64,000 bases of DNA, taken from positions 1 to 64,000 of the forward strand of contig JAUCBJ010008503.1 in the NCBI GenBank assembly GCA_032718475.1, in the 5' to 3' direction. How positions within the stretch are numbered: the first letter of the stretch is position 1; each line of letters opens with the position of its first letter. The DNA comes from Nemertoderma westbladi (Eukaryota; Animalia; Xenacoelomorpha). The notes below the pieces were generated by a model that made no database searches, was not told the origin of the DNA, and saw only the letters and a list, made by a program, of their open reading frames with translations. This document shows positions 36,447-46,722 of this stretch, one piece after another. Both the position numbers and the translations under genes were made by a program.

Positions 36447-39400
36447 TCAGCAACGGAAGTCTGGATCGGATTCCCCGCCATCCCCCGATGTCCCTTCGCT
36501 ACTCAAGAAGGAATACCTCTTCCTTTTCTTCTTACGCTGTTTTTTCTTTGGCTTTTTATCTTTACCGCGTTTACTTTTCTTCTTCTTTGCGGTCGCCTCA
36601 TCCGGTTCCGGTTCCGGTGCCGGAACGACGTCATCTATGATGTCATCTCCAATGGAAACTTGGTCCGTCGCTCCCGATGACGCGTCTGTCACGCCGCTCA
36701 TTGTGGACAACGACGGACTGGTCGTGTCGCTACGCAACCCGGTCAACGCGGTGGCCGCGAGATGGATCCGCATCTTGGGGAGCCGAGGTGGCGGCCGATC
36801 GGTCCCGTCAGCCCCGGGAGGCGGGAAGTCGGAAACTTCCTCCTCCACCGGGTCCAAACACAACATGGTGTCCTTGTACCAGAGGTACTGGTCCGCAATC
36901 TCTCGCTTAACGTCCGGGGTGAGCGGCGACCCGTTGAGCCGTTCGAGGTAGGCCAACACCGGCGCGGGTCGGAACTCCATCGAAGAGGCGCGACAACTCG
37001 CCGGTTTATCGTTCGACTTGGAGGCGTCCGTCGGCGAGTACTGCTGGCACCGCTGCTCACTCAGAGCGTACGCCTCCTTCAGGAAGGTCTTCAGATAGAC
37101 CTGCAAGGAGGAGCACAGCATAGACTCATACCAATCCCAGAGAGCCGGAGTCGGGTTGTCCGGGATACGTTCTAGAACCTCATCCAGGGTCTCCTCCTGC
37201 GCGACGCTCTTCCGCGGCAGGTCCTCGATGAGAACCGAGTAGGATTTGCCCTCCTCCAGACCCGAGGGTTTCGGAACTATGGCGCGTTGGAAGTTACTCA
37301 ATATGTCGGTGCCAGTAACGGAGAGACAGACATCGCAGTGGTGAACGAGGAAGAGTATCTCGTCCTGGGTTTGGTACGGGAAGTAGGCGAGATTGTCGCA
37401 GAGGTAGAGAACGAGAGGCAAATCGTTGCAATCGAGGAGAGTGAGGAGTTGAACGACGAGAGCTCGACGATGTTGTCGACTCGAACGGATTACCGTGTAG
37501 AGATGGTGGCAATGCGCCCGTCTACAGGCCTCGTCCCGGAATCCCCGAACGATTAGGCGGTTCTTGGAGGGCGGGTTGAGCGCGCACTGCAGTCGGTAGG
37601 AGTCCCGGACGCCTTGGGTCGCCTTCATCTGTATGACGCCGGGGTACTTCCGCTCGATGGTTAGCAACTCGGCTGAAGCTACATCGCGAATCGTCGCGTC
37701 CACATCGGACTCCATGGCAACCAGGTAAGGAACGCACCGGACTGGGTGGATGAGTCCCTGCTGAAGCGTCAACGAGATCACATTGAGCGCAAGCGCTCGC
37801 AGATCCGTCACCAAACTGAAACAAGTATCGAATATTAGTTTAAGGTAAATCTGTATTACGGAACTCGCCATCCCAGACTGGACGTCCTGCATCTCCTTTA
37901 GGTCCTCATCCTTGGCGCGTTTCGACCACATCAAGTCGATTTTATTGGATCGGATCTCCTCGTACTGTAAGTAACCCTGGATATTCCCCAAAACGGCGGC
38001 CTTCATTCGCGGGGACCCATTTTCCATGATGTCCGTATAGAGTTCGCGCATCCGGTGCCCCAGTAGGAGATGGGGGTTGGACAGACAGAGGAAGCCCAGA
38101 CCATTAATGGCCTTTAAACGCGCCTCCACGAATTTATGCTCACTGAAACTAAACAATAAATCGTAAGTTTTCTCGCTCAAAGGAGTTTTGTTATCGTGAT
38201 TATCGTCAGAATCGGTTAAATCTTTATCTAATTCGAAATGTTTGGCGAATAAACCGGTAACGAATAGCGACCGGAGCATAAAACTGTAGCGCTGCGGATC
38301 CATCGAGGTCAATGAGTTGCGGTCCATAACTCCGCGGATCTGTTCGAGACAATCGAAGAACCGCTTGAAGCAATCGTAGGCGAACTTAACGTTGTGGCTA
38401 ACCCCGTTAATGACGGCGGCCAAACAGCTGATGGAACTCTGAACCTGTCGCGGATTCTGGTTCATCATGATCTTCAGCATGGCCTCCTCGATAGTGGCCA
38501 AGAAGGTGGGGGACGGGTTGGATAGGAGAGGCATAAGTATCTCAAGGATGTTGCAAACGTAGTCGATTATAAGAAGGTCGTGTTTATTGGAGCACTTTGT
38601 GGACAGATAGGGGTGGAGTGTCTCCGCGTGGATAACCACCAATTCTGGTCGAACTTTACAGAAAAGGTAGAGGGTTGCCATGCAGGCCACCACCCGCTTG
38701 TTACCTGCAGCTTCATCGTCAGCCTCTTTATCGGCTTCTCGCTCCTCGATGTTGAGAACGTGTTCGACTAAACAGTCAACGATCTGTTGACAAGCGCGAC
38801 GAATCTGTTTGAGGTTGGCGGATGTTTCGGCGCTCGCTTTGTTCCCGTCCTCCGCGGTGAACAGGTTTGCGAGCAAGGCTTCGAACCACTCGAGGCCGCC
38901 ACCCCTACTGTCGATACACGCCCCGACGACGTCGTTGATACACTGAACCCTCTTAATGAGGAGATCCTCGTCCCTCGCCTTTATCGGCGTGAACCACATT
39001 GATGTAAACACCTCGTTAACCAGTTTCTTTATACTTTCCTCGTCGTTGACACGACGAATTATTTTGATGCAGATTTCGGTTGTTTTCGGGTATCCGGGGT
39101 GGGAAACACAGATGTCCCTGAGGATGCGAATAACCCGCTTCCTAACGGTGACCCCGGTGTCTAGGATACGGGTGACGATCATGTCGTAGTACTGGTCCAC
39201 CAACTGGGGTTTCAGCAGGATGAACTTACCGAGGAGCTCCATGGCGGCCTCCCTGACGTTGGTGGAGGAGTCCTGGAGCCTACCGTGGACTCCCAGCTGC
39301 ATGTCCTTCCTCGCTAGAATCCCTGGGTCCGATTCAACCACCAAGGCCAGACACTTCATCGCCTTGGTTCGAACGGCCACTGCGTTCTCAGTTAGAGTTC

Positions 39401-42400
39401 GTAGGATCTGAGTTAAATAGACGTTGAAGGATCGATTAAACGAACGTTTAGACGCCAAGTAAATAGAGAAAACGTGAGATTGTTTATCTGTTAAAAACAC
39501 GGTGTTCTTTTTAGTTTCACTTTCGCAATCGCTAACTAAACTTCTCAGAAATTCCCGACATTTCTCTACAACTTGTACTTTAGCATTAACATCATCCATG
39601 TCGACTACAGGGTCGACCTCCTGCTTCTTGTTAGGTGATCCCTGGGCTTTCTCCACTTCCAACGAACAATCCTTAAACCACTGAGCAAAATAAAAGTTCC
39701 TCGCGAATTCAAACGAACAATCCACCGACTTATTAGCCGTTAGATATCTACAGAGTTCGTGTTGCGATCGCTGCGTTATATCGACATCGTCGTCGACTTT
39801 GGCCTCGTCAATCTCCTCGAGGATGGACTTGATCTCGTCGATGCTGTGTTCCCCGCTGACGCCGTCCTTCCGCAGCTTAGCAGCGACGATCCCGAGGTAA
39901 TCGAGCGAGGCAGTTCGCAACGACATGTCGGTGGAGCGGTTCGAGAAATGCTTCATAAGGAGGAAGCCAAGGAGGCTGAGGATGAGCTCGGCGGCGGGCC
40001 ATTCGGGTTGGTTGACGACGACTAGGAGGTCGTGGACGAAGTTCTCGAAGATCGGACGGAAATCCTCTTCGCCGCACTTACTGCTGCACTTTGAGAGAAA
40101 AACGCTGAGGAAACTCTGTGCGACTCGGGAGGAGTTGTCGTAGGCTTGTTGGAGGATCACGTCGCAGTCCTGCATCTGGTCCTTCTTCTTGTTCTCCGCA
40201 TTGATCCCGGCTTGTTTTTTACTCGACTTGTTGAGAAGGGCGGCAAGCGACATGGATTCCTCCTCGCGGCCTTCGTCCCTCGGCAGGACAACGCAACCCT
40301 GGACCAGCTGCAGCACCAAGGCCGTCACCATCTGCACCGATTCCGTGTCCGACACCGCGAACACCCGGAGGTTCTTCTTGGTGGTGGGGAGCCGGGAGAG
40401 CGAGGCGAGAATGTCGTCGAGGATGAGCTGCCGATGGGCGGGGTAGATGGAGAAGATAACGGTGGTGAGTTTGAGCGCATTGAGTTGGAGTTCGGAGACG
40501 TTCTCGACGAAGAAGGTGCTGATAGCGAGAGAGGAAAGTGGGAGGATGAGAGTGTCAGTTAACTCCTGGCATTGGACCAACACGCTGAAACAGTTGACGA
40601 TCTCGCACAACTTGTTGTACATGATGAGGAACCGCGTGTCCGTTTTGGGACCTTTTGCGCGTAAAACCTTTGCCGAAGGTTTATTCTTTGAGTCACCGGT
40701 TTTGTAGGCTGGATCGAACCGTGGGTAAATGGTGTTGGTGAGGTGGAACTTAGTGAACGCGATGGAATCCTCAATGGCGTCTTCCAGATAGACCTTTTTC
40801 GGCATCTCATTGGAGGTGAGAATGTTGAGAGTGATGAGGGTGGACTCGAGAGATCTGTTGATTTTGTCCAGCATCAGTTGCCGCCAGATCCTGTCCTCTC
40901 CTGCCGTGGACGACGGCTCCTGATCCAGTCGGGATCGACACGCATCGCGAATGTTCTTATCGAGAAGCTGCAGCAACTTAACTAGTTTCTTATGGGAAAC
41001 CTGTTTCATACCTCCGATGCTTTTGAATTCGGCGGTTAAGGTGGATAACTCTTTGACGGCGGGCAACGGAATGACAAACTCGGGCGGGCATTCCCATTCG
41101 TCGTCGACAGATGTGACGTCGGCCACTATGTCGAGCTCCTCCACGGCCTCCAATACATTATCGATGGCAGAAATAAACCGAGAATAAACCCGGGACTCCA
41201 GCATCTCCTCGCGGGTTAGAAATCGACCGGCTTTAACCTTTGCGAAATCCTTCCGAGAGACCAGCCTCTTATGCGGAGCCACCCCATCGTCGTCGGGTTC
41301 GGACTCCCCACTGCTGTCGAGTCGTCGTCTCTTAGTGACCCGCTGGTAGTCCTCGCCGGAATCCGGACTGGGAACGTCGGCGCCCTGGTTGAACTCGTGT
41401 TTAAACTTATACTGGGCGACGGAGGCGGCCTTCCTCTTCCGAGTAGAGAAGTCGGCCTCCCCGGGGTCCGGTTGCCAGTAGTCCTTGAGTTTGTCCAACT
41501 CGCGGGACTTCTTCCCGGGCTCGCGGACGTCCGGAGTCTCGCTCGCCTGTTGGAAGAGATGTTCCGAGACCGTGCGCTCCAGCACGACCACCGGATGCAG
41601 CATCCGACACTCCGAGCCCGAGGTACCGTTGCTACTAATCGGTTTACTCCCGGCACGGCTCGGATCCATAACATCGGTGAGATGGACCGCGGGATAGTGA
41701 TTCCCCATCATCTCGTGCTGCTTCTTTAGGATCTGTTTCTTCTGCGGCATTTGGAAGGTTGCTGATTGGTTGATGATATTCAAGGAGGAGCCGCATCCTG
41801 GAGGCTCATCCTTAACGGGGTTGCCAGTTAAGGCATTTGATTCCTGGGAGACAACACCGCAGGAGTTAAGTAGGTTGTATTTGGTAACTTGTGGCCACGG
41901 ACGGGCTGGACGGATGGGTGACGAAGACGACATGAATTGAGGAAGGGCGTGGGAACCCGGACTCTGTTCGGGAGAGAAAGGGGCATCAATGTTAGATAGC
42001 GGAATATCGGATGGCTGTTGTTTCGATTCCATTTCCGCAGTATCGCAAGACTCAATCCCGGCTTCATCTACTTCTGTAGCAACTAACGTAGTCTCAGGTA
42101 ACTTCGTAGTTATGGGGGAATTGCGGTGCAAACGTTGTTTCTTAAAAACATGTGGATCTTTCTGTAGCACAGCTTGTAGCAACGGAGGTAATTCATTATG
42201 ATTGATTACGTCGGAATTAATATTAGGGTTCTTAAAGTCCAGATAATCCGTTGATACAGAACCTAATGCATTTACCAATTTCGAAACAAGAGCTTCATCT
42301 TGACAGTGAAGGAGTTGTCGAGCTCGAGCAACTAGTTCGGGTTTGTCTAATAAATTAGCAGAATGTTTTGGTAAAGGTGCCGGGAGTGGTAGATCAGAAA

Positions 42401-42455
42401 GAACATCAGTTAAACTTGTAAATCCTGACAAATTAATTATCGGTATTTCGGCCAT
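36447..42455 (-). CDS. NIPBL: Cohesin loader Nipped-B-like (NIPBL/Scc2), single uninterrupted ORF, 2002 aa
   Basis: N-terminal IPIINLSGFTSLTDVLSDLPLPAPLP (MAU2-binding region), PVVVL (PxVxL), PEWPAAELIL, HEAT repeats VRTKAMKCL..., VREAAMELLG, ILDTGVTVRKRVIRILRDIC, QGLIHPVRCVPYLVAM, DNLAYFPY. Confidence 0.98.
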   Translation of the reverse strand: MAEIPIINLSGFTSLTDVLSDLPLPAPLPKHSANLLDKPELVARARQLLHCQDEALVSKLVNALGSVSTDYLDFKNPNINSDVINHNELPPLLQAVLQKDPHVFKKQRLHRNSPITTKLPETTLVATEVDEAGIESCDTAEMESKQQPSDIPLSNIDAPFSPEQSPGSHALPQFMSSSSPIRPARPWPQVTKYNLLNSCGVVSQESNALTGNPVKDEPPGCGSSLNIINQSATFQMPQKKQILKKQHEMMGNHYPAVHLTDVMDPSRAGSKPISSNGTSGSECRMLHPVVVLERTVSEHLFQQASETPDVREPGKKSRELDKLKDYWQPDPGEADFSTRKRKAASVAQYKFKHEFNQGADVPSPDSGEDYQRVTKRRRLDSSGESEPDDDGVAPHKRLVSRKDFAKVKAGRFLTREEMLESRVYSRFISAIDNVLEAVEELDIVADVTSVDDEWECPPEFVIPLPAVKELSTLTAEFKSIGGMKQVSHKKLVKLLQLLDKNIRDACRSRLDQEPSSTAGEDRIWRQLMLDKINRSLESTLITLNILTSNEMPKKVYLEDAIEDSIAFTKFHLTNTIYPRFDPAYKTGDSKNKPSAKVLRAKGPKTDTRFLIMYNKLCEIVNCFSVLVQCQELTDTLILPLSSLAISTFFVENVSELQLNALKLTTVIFSIYPAHRQLILDDILASLSRLPTTKKNLRVFAVSDTESVQMVTALVLQLVQGCVVLPRDEGREEESMSLAALLNKSSKKQAGINAENKKKDQMQDCDVILQQAYDNSSRVAQSFLSVFLSKCSSKCGEEDFRPIFENFVHDLLVVVNQPEWPAAELILSLLGFLLMKHFSNRSTDMSLRTASLDYLGIVAAKLRKDGVSGEHSIDEIKSILEEIDEAKVDDDVDITQRSQHELCRYLTANKSVDCSFEFARNFYFAQWFKDCSLEVEKAQGSPNKKQEVDPVVDMDDVNAKVQVVEKCREFLRSLVSDCESETKKNTVFLTDKQSHVFSIYLASKRSFNRSFNVYLTQILRTLTENAVAVRTKAMKCLALVVESDPGILARKDMQLGVHGRLQDSSTNVREAAMELLGKFILLKPQLVDQYYDMIVTRILDTGVTVRKRVIRILRDICVSHPGYPKTTEICIKIIRRVNDEESIKKLVNEVFTSMWFTPIKARDEDLLIKRVQCINDVVGACIDSRGGGLEWFEALLANLFTAEDGNKASAETSANLKQIRRACQQIVDCLVEHVLNIEEREADKEADDEAAGNKRVVACMATLYLFCKVRPELVVIHAETLHPYLSTKCSNKHDLLIIDYVCNILEILMPLLSNPSPTFLATIEEAMLKIMMNQNPRQVQSSISCLAAVINGVSHNVKFAYDCFKRFFDCLEQIRGVMDRNSLTSMDPQRYSFMLRSLFVTGLFAKHFELDKDLTDSDDNHDNKTPLSEKTYDLLFSFSEHKFVEARLKAINGLGFLCLSNPHLLLGHRMRELYTDIMENGSPRMKAAVLGNIQGYLQYEEIRSNKIDLMWSKRAKDEDLKEMQDVQSGMASSVIQIYLKLIFDTCFSLVTDLRALALNVISLTLQQGLIHPVRCVPYLVAMESDVDATIRDVASAELLTIERKYPGVIQMKATQGVRDSYRLQCALNPPSKNRLIVRGFRDEACRRAHCHHLYTVIRSSRQHRRALVVQLLTLLDCNDLPLVLYLCDNLAYFPYQTQDEILFLVHHCDVCLSVTGTDILSNFQRAIVPKPSGLEEGKSYSVLIEDLPRKSVAQEETLDEVLERIPDNPTPALWDWYESMLCSSLQVYLKTFLKEAYALSEQRCQQYSPTDASKSNDKPASCRASSMEFRPAPVLAYLERLNGSPLTPDVKREIADQYLWYKDTMLCLDPVEEEVSDFPPPGADGTDRPPPRLPKMRIHLAATALTGLRSDTTSPSLSTMSGVTDASSGATDQVSIGDDIIDDVVPAPEPEPDEATAKKKKSKRGKDKKPKKKQRKKKRKRYSFLSSEGTSGDGGESDPDFRC

Positions 42456-42792
42456 TTCTCACCATTATATATATCAATAATAACAATATAATAATAATAT
42501 ACAGATTTATAAATTAGGCCTACAATAATAATAAATGCACATCAGAAAACAGAAAATGTAGGCTGATCCTGATAGGTAGGCCTATACCATACCAGTATAC
42601 TGATCTGTCGCTGTCGGTTATAAGGGTCCGACGAATCTGTACAAAAAAAGTACAAAATACCGGTAATACAATATAGTACAAAAGAGTACAATAAAGTGCA
42701 AAAATAGTACAAAAGAGTACAAACGAGTGGGAAACGCTTGCAAAACGTGTAGGCCTATACAACAATACAAGTGTAATTCAAATCGTGTAGAG

Positions 42793-43270
42793 CAGTCGGG
42801 GAGAAGTTCGAATTGCAACTGAGTTGAAATTTAAAACTTTTTTTTTTAAATTCAACTTTTAAGTTGTAAATTCAACTCTAAAATGGCATGAGGCACAGAA
42901 GGCCCCGAAGACGTGACAGAAGGCAGAAGGGGTGTTTTTATGGATGTAACTCGAAAAATTAACCCTCATTACCGATGGAATAAAAACTTTCACCGTCGGG
43001 AACACTTTTTTTCAAAACATTTGAAGTGATTACATTTGCAAATTAGCTGAAATACTAAGGAAATTTATTAGATGTATTTAATTACTGCTGAATGTCAATA
43101 TTATTATACAATGGAATACCAGTAATGGATTCCAATACTCCAAAAGTTGAAATTTAAAAAAAGTTGAATTTTAAACTCTACTCTAAAAGTTGAATTTTAA
43201 TAAAAAGTTGAATTTTAAAAAATAAAGTTTAAATTTCAACTCGGTTGAAAATAGAACTTCTCCCCGACTG
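42793..43270. mobile_element. MITE with CAGT...ACTG ends and 5-bp TSD (family D)
   Basis: TIR CAGTCGGGGAGAAGTTC (related to family C ends); TSD TAGAG; AGTTGAA subterminal repeats; ~340 bp upstream of the NIPBL ATG. Confidence 0.92.
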
Positions 43271-44165
43271 TAGAGAGTACAATTGGTAATTTTCATAGTA
43301 GAATGTCACACCTGCACTCTGTTAGAGTTAGATGGACTCCCAAAAACCGTAGTTTTTATAGTACAGTAGTCTTAGTACCATAGTCGATTTTCCTCCTTTC
43401 TTTTTGTTTAGTAAAAACTGAATTTTTTGACAAATTTTTTACATTTACATTTAAACTGTTAAAACTGAATATTATAACCTTGGCACTTTAGTGTCAAATT
43501 GTTCAATATTCGGTAGGCCTATTCGGTATCGGTACCAAAATTGCCGAATTTTTTTCAAATTCGGTTCGGTTCGGCAAAATTTTAAATTCGGTCGATCCAT
43601 TACTGCCATAGTCAGATAGTACTGCTGTACTGTCTGACTGTAGTATGGCATGTACTGATGTATGGACGTATGGTGGTTGAAATCGAAGAATTCTGGACCC
43701 AGGCAGCCAGGGCCAAACCATACAGCCATAGCAACAGATTCCATTATTTAAAAAATTGTTTGATTAGGCCTATTAGTTTTATTAAACCTGATTGCCACTT
43801 TGCCAGCAGCTCTTCTGCTCTTGCATGGCAGCATGGAGGTGGAGGGTAGATTCTACCCTATCTCTCCATGCTGCCTGCTGCCATGCAGGAGCAGATGAGC
43901 AAGCTGGCAAAGTGTCAATCAGGCTTAATACAGCAATAGCAAGAGCAGAAGAGCGAAGCTCAATGCCAGACTGCGGGGTCAGGGGGTGCGCTGGTGGCTG
44001 GTGTGGGCCTTTCAGGCCAGCAGGCTGTAGCTGCCTTGCCGCTTGCCTCTCGGCTGGCCGGTAATCGTTCTACCGTACAGCCGTAAGCATACAGTCCAGC
44101 AGTCTGACAGTCAGACAGTACTGTGTGTTGTGTGTATGAGCAGGCAGGCGCAGGACAGCAGGAAG

Positions 44166-45132
44166 CCAGGTTGGAATTCATGCTGCAAAACTCGGACGCG
44201 TACCTGCGCGAATGACCGCAAATCAGATGCGCGTTGCGCATTTGGGTGAGACAGGTGCGCGTTCGGGTGAGACAGGTGCGCGTTGCGCCTCAGCGCGCAG
44301 CTCTGCCTCCAGCCTCTGATGCGCACCACAAATTAATTGAAATCACGAAAATACACAAAAAAATTTCGCTCGCTTCGCTCGCATTGGTTTCTCATTTCAA
44401 ATTCTTCAAACAGTCAAATCATTTCACCATAATACTGTAATACCGGCAACCGGAGCTGAATTTGTCTATTTATTTTAACTACTACCTGACTACAGTACTC
44501 TATTGTTGTATTGTTATTAGGTCTATGCTATGCCGATGTTACGTTAGTAAACAGGTAAAGTCAGAAAGTAACAATATATTATAAGTATGACTTAATTATA
44601 AGCCAACTGTCAGACTGTATGTCGGTATGTTTAAGCCTAATTGTTAGGTAGGCCTATACAAAGTATTACTGGCAGACTGGTACCTATTTCAATGTTCGTT
44701 TTTTTGAAATTACATGTTTTGTTTGTAATATAAAATAATATTTTCTGTTATAAAAGCAGTGAGCCAGTTGGGCCACCATAGTAGTGGATTAAAAAAATAT
44801 TTTTTAATATTAACAATTTTGATGTTGCAAAAATTACATTTATTAGGCCTATGTACTGATGTAAGCCTAGATTCAACGTACAGACAGACAGACGTAAAGA
44901 TAAGCTTAAAACGCTCAAACTTGTAAAATAGGAATGTAAAATTGTTCTTATGAACTGTCCGATTTTTTGAGATATGCATGACATCTGGCAGTCTGGACAT
45001 GAGCTGCGCGATTTTGTTTGGATTATGATGAGGTGCGCGACGAGCCAATTTCAGGTGCGCGGTGATTTCAAAACAACAAAGCGTACCTGCCTGCCTGCTG
45101 ACCTGCGCGCTCATGCATGAAATCCAACCTGG
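44166..45132. mobile_element. hAT-like non-autonomous element
   Basis: CCAGGTTGGAATTCATG...CATGAAATCCAACCTGG, 8-bp TSD GCAGGAAG. The same right end occurs at ~27920-28108 and ~48697-48711. Confidence 0.82.
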
Positions 45133-45197
45133 GCAGGAAGTCACGAAGTGTGGGCCCGAGCGGTGCTGTCGCTGTGGCTTTCTCTTGGTCCGTGGTC

Positions 45198-45666
45198 CGG
45201 TCCTACGAATTACCCCAAAATACCCCAAAACACCCCAAAATACCCCAAAACACCCCAAAAGACCCCAAAATAGTATAAAACTACCCCAAAATACCCCAAA
45301 ATAGTTTAGAATTACCCCAAAATACCCCAAAATAGTTTAGAATTACCCCAAAATACTTTTTTTTCAGCCTTTGTTTTGGAAATTTAATTTACCCCAAAAT
45401 ATGGCAAAATGACGAATTACCCCAAAATAATTAAAAATTTTTTCTTCACTCTCGTTTATTGTTTTGGTTAAAAAAACTTGCCACTGTAACCTGCTCCTTT
45501 CCCTCGCTGTTAAAAAACATGGTTAGCTTATTTTGGGGTATTTTGGGGTAATTTTTTAGCCTTTTTGGGGTATTTTGGGGTAATATTTGACTATTTTGGG
45601 GTATTTTGGAGTATTTTGGGGTATTTTGGGGTGTTTTGGGGTATTTTGGGGTAATTCGTAGGACCC
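45198..45666. mobile_element. GGGT-type foldback MITE with 10-bp arrays
   Basis: TIR (C/G)GGTCCTACGAATTACCCCAAAA; 8-bp TSD CCGTGGTC; inverted TACCCCAAAA arrays. Confidence 0.88.
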
Positions 45667-46722
45667 CCGTGGTCAGTTGGTTTGTGTCTGCAATCTGTGG
45701 ACCGCTGGACTGTGACTGTCTGACTGTGAGCGTGCGTGTGTGCTGCTGACCGCTGACGTGTGCATAGCTGCGGCTGGCTGGCTGGTGGCTGCATGGTGTG
45801 GACGTGGAGTCTGGAGTGGGTGGTGGGGGTCCTATATGGAATACTGACAAAAAGCGCGCCACACGCTGACACGCGTTCTGGTTAAACGAAAATCGCGCCA
45901 CCCATGATATCAAATGCGCGCCAAGCCAACAATTGACTATGAAATTTTGCAGTAATTGCTTAATTGTCAGTTTATAATGCTGTAGCCCTACAGTATTTTA
46001 ATATTAAAATATGCGAGTGTAGCGAGCAAGGAAATTTTCCAATTATATCTGATTATGTTAACATAAATACAGTCTGACAGTAATAGTCAGATAGTGCTGT
46101 ATAGTTGTAGTAGTAGTAGTAGTAGGTAAACGTCAACTGGCTGTTTTTAAATGCAGATGTGATCAAGATGCGAGCGTAGCGAGCACGAAAATTTTAACAT
46201 TTCAGCATTTAAAGTAGGCAAAGCGACTGTTTTCAAATGTCAAATGCAGAAATGCAGATGTCATTAAATGGCGAGCGTAGCGAGCACGGAAATTCTGCTG
46301 AATCATGCAGGCTGTCATGGTTTTATTGGTTTGAAGAATCTGACAATTGAAAAACTTTTGAAACAAGTCATGTTTTTAATGGTCATGCTCAATCCGTCTG
46401 TTTCCATTTGTCCACAGCCAGACAGTGCTAAGAGTAGATTTACAGTATAAACGCGAGCGAAGCGAGCGGACATTTTTCAATCTTTTTAAACCTATGGAAT
46501 AATTTCAAATAGAGCTGTAGAGTGGGATGTGTTGCCAGTGCACTGCTCTGCTACACTACCTCCTACAACTGTCCTAACCTAACCCTACATCCATATTCGC
46601 GCCAGGACCGCCAGGATCCTCAATGCGCGCCACACGCCCCTGTCACTACGCGCCAGGTTCCTTAATCCGCGCCACACGCCCCTGTCACTACGCGCCAGGA
46701 TCCTTAATCCGCGCCACACATG

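Noticed and set aside
36637-42201. Many 60-150 aa ORFs antisense to or overlapping NIPBL
   Set aside because: Expected shadow ORFs of a GC-rich coding sequence.
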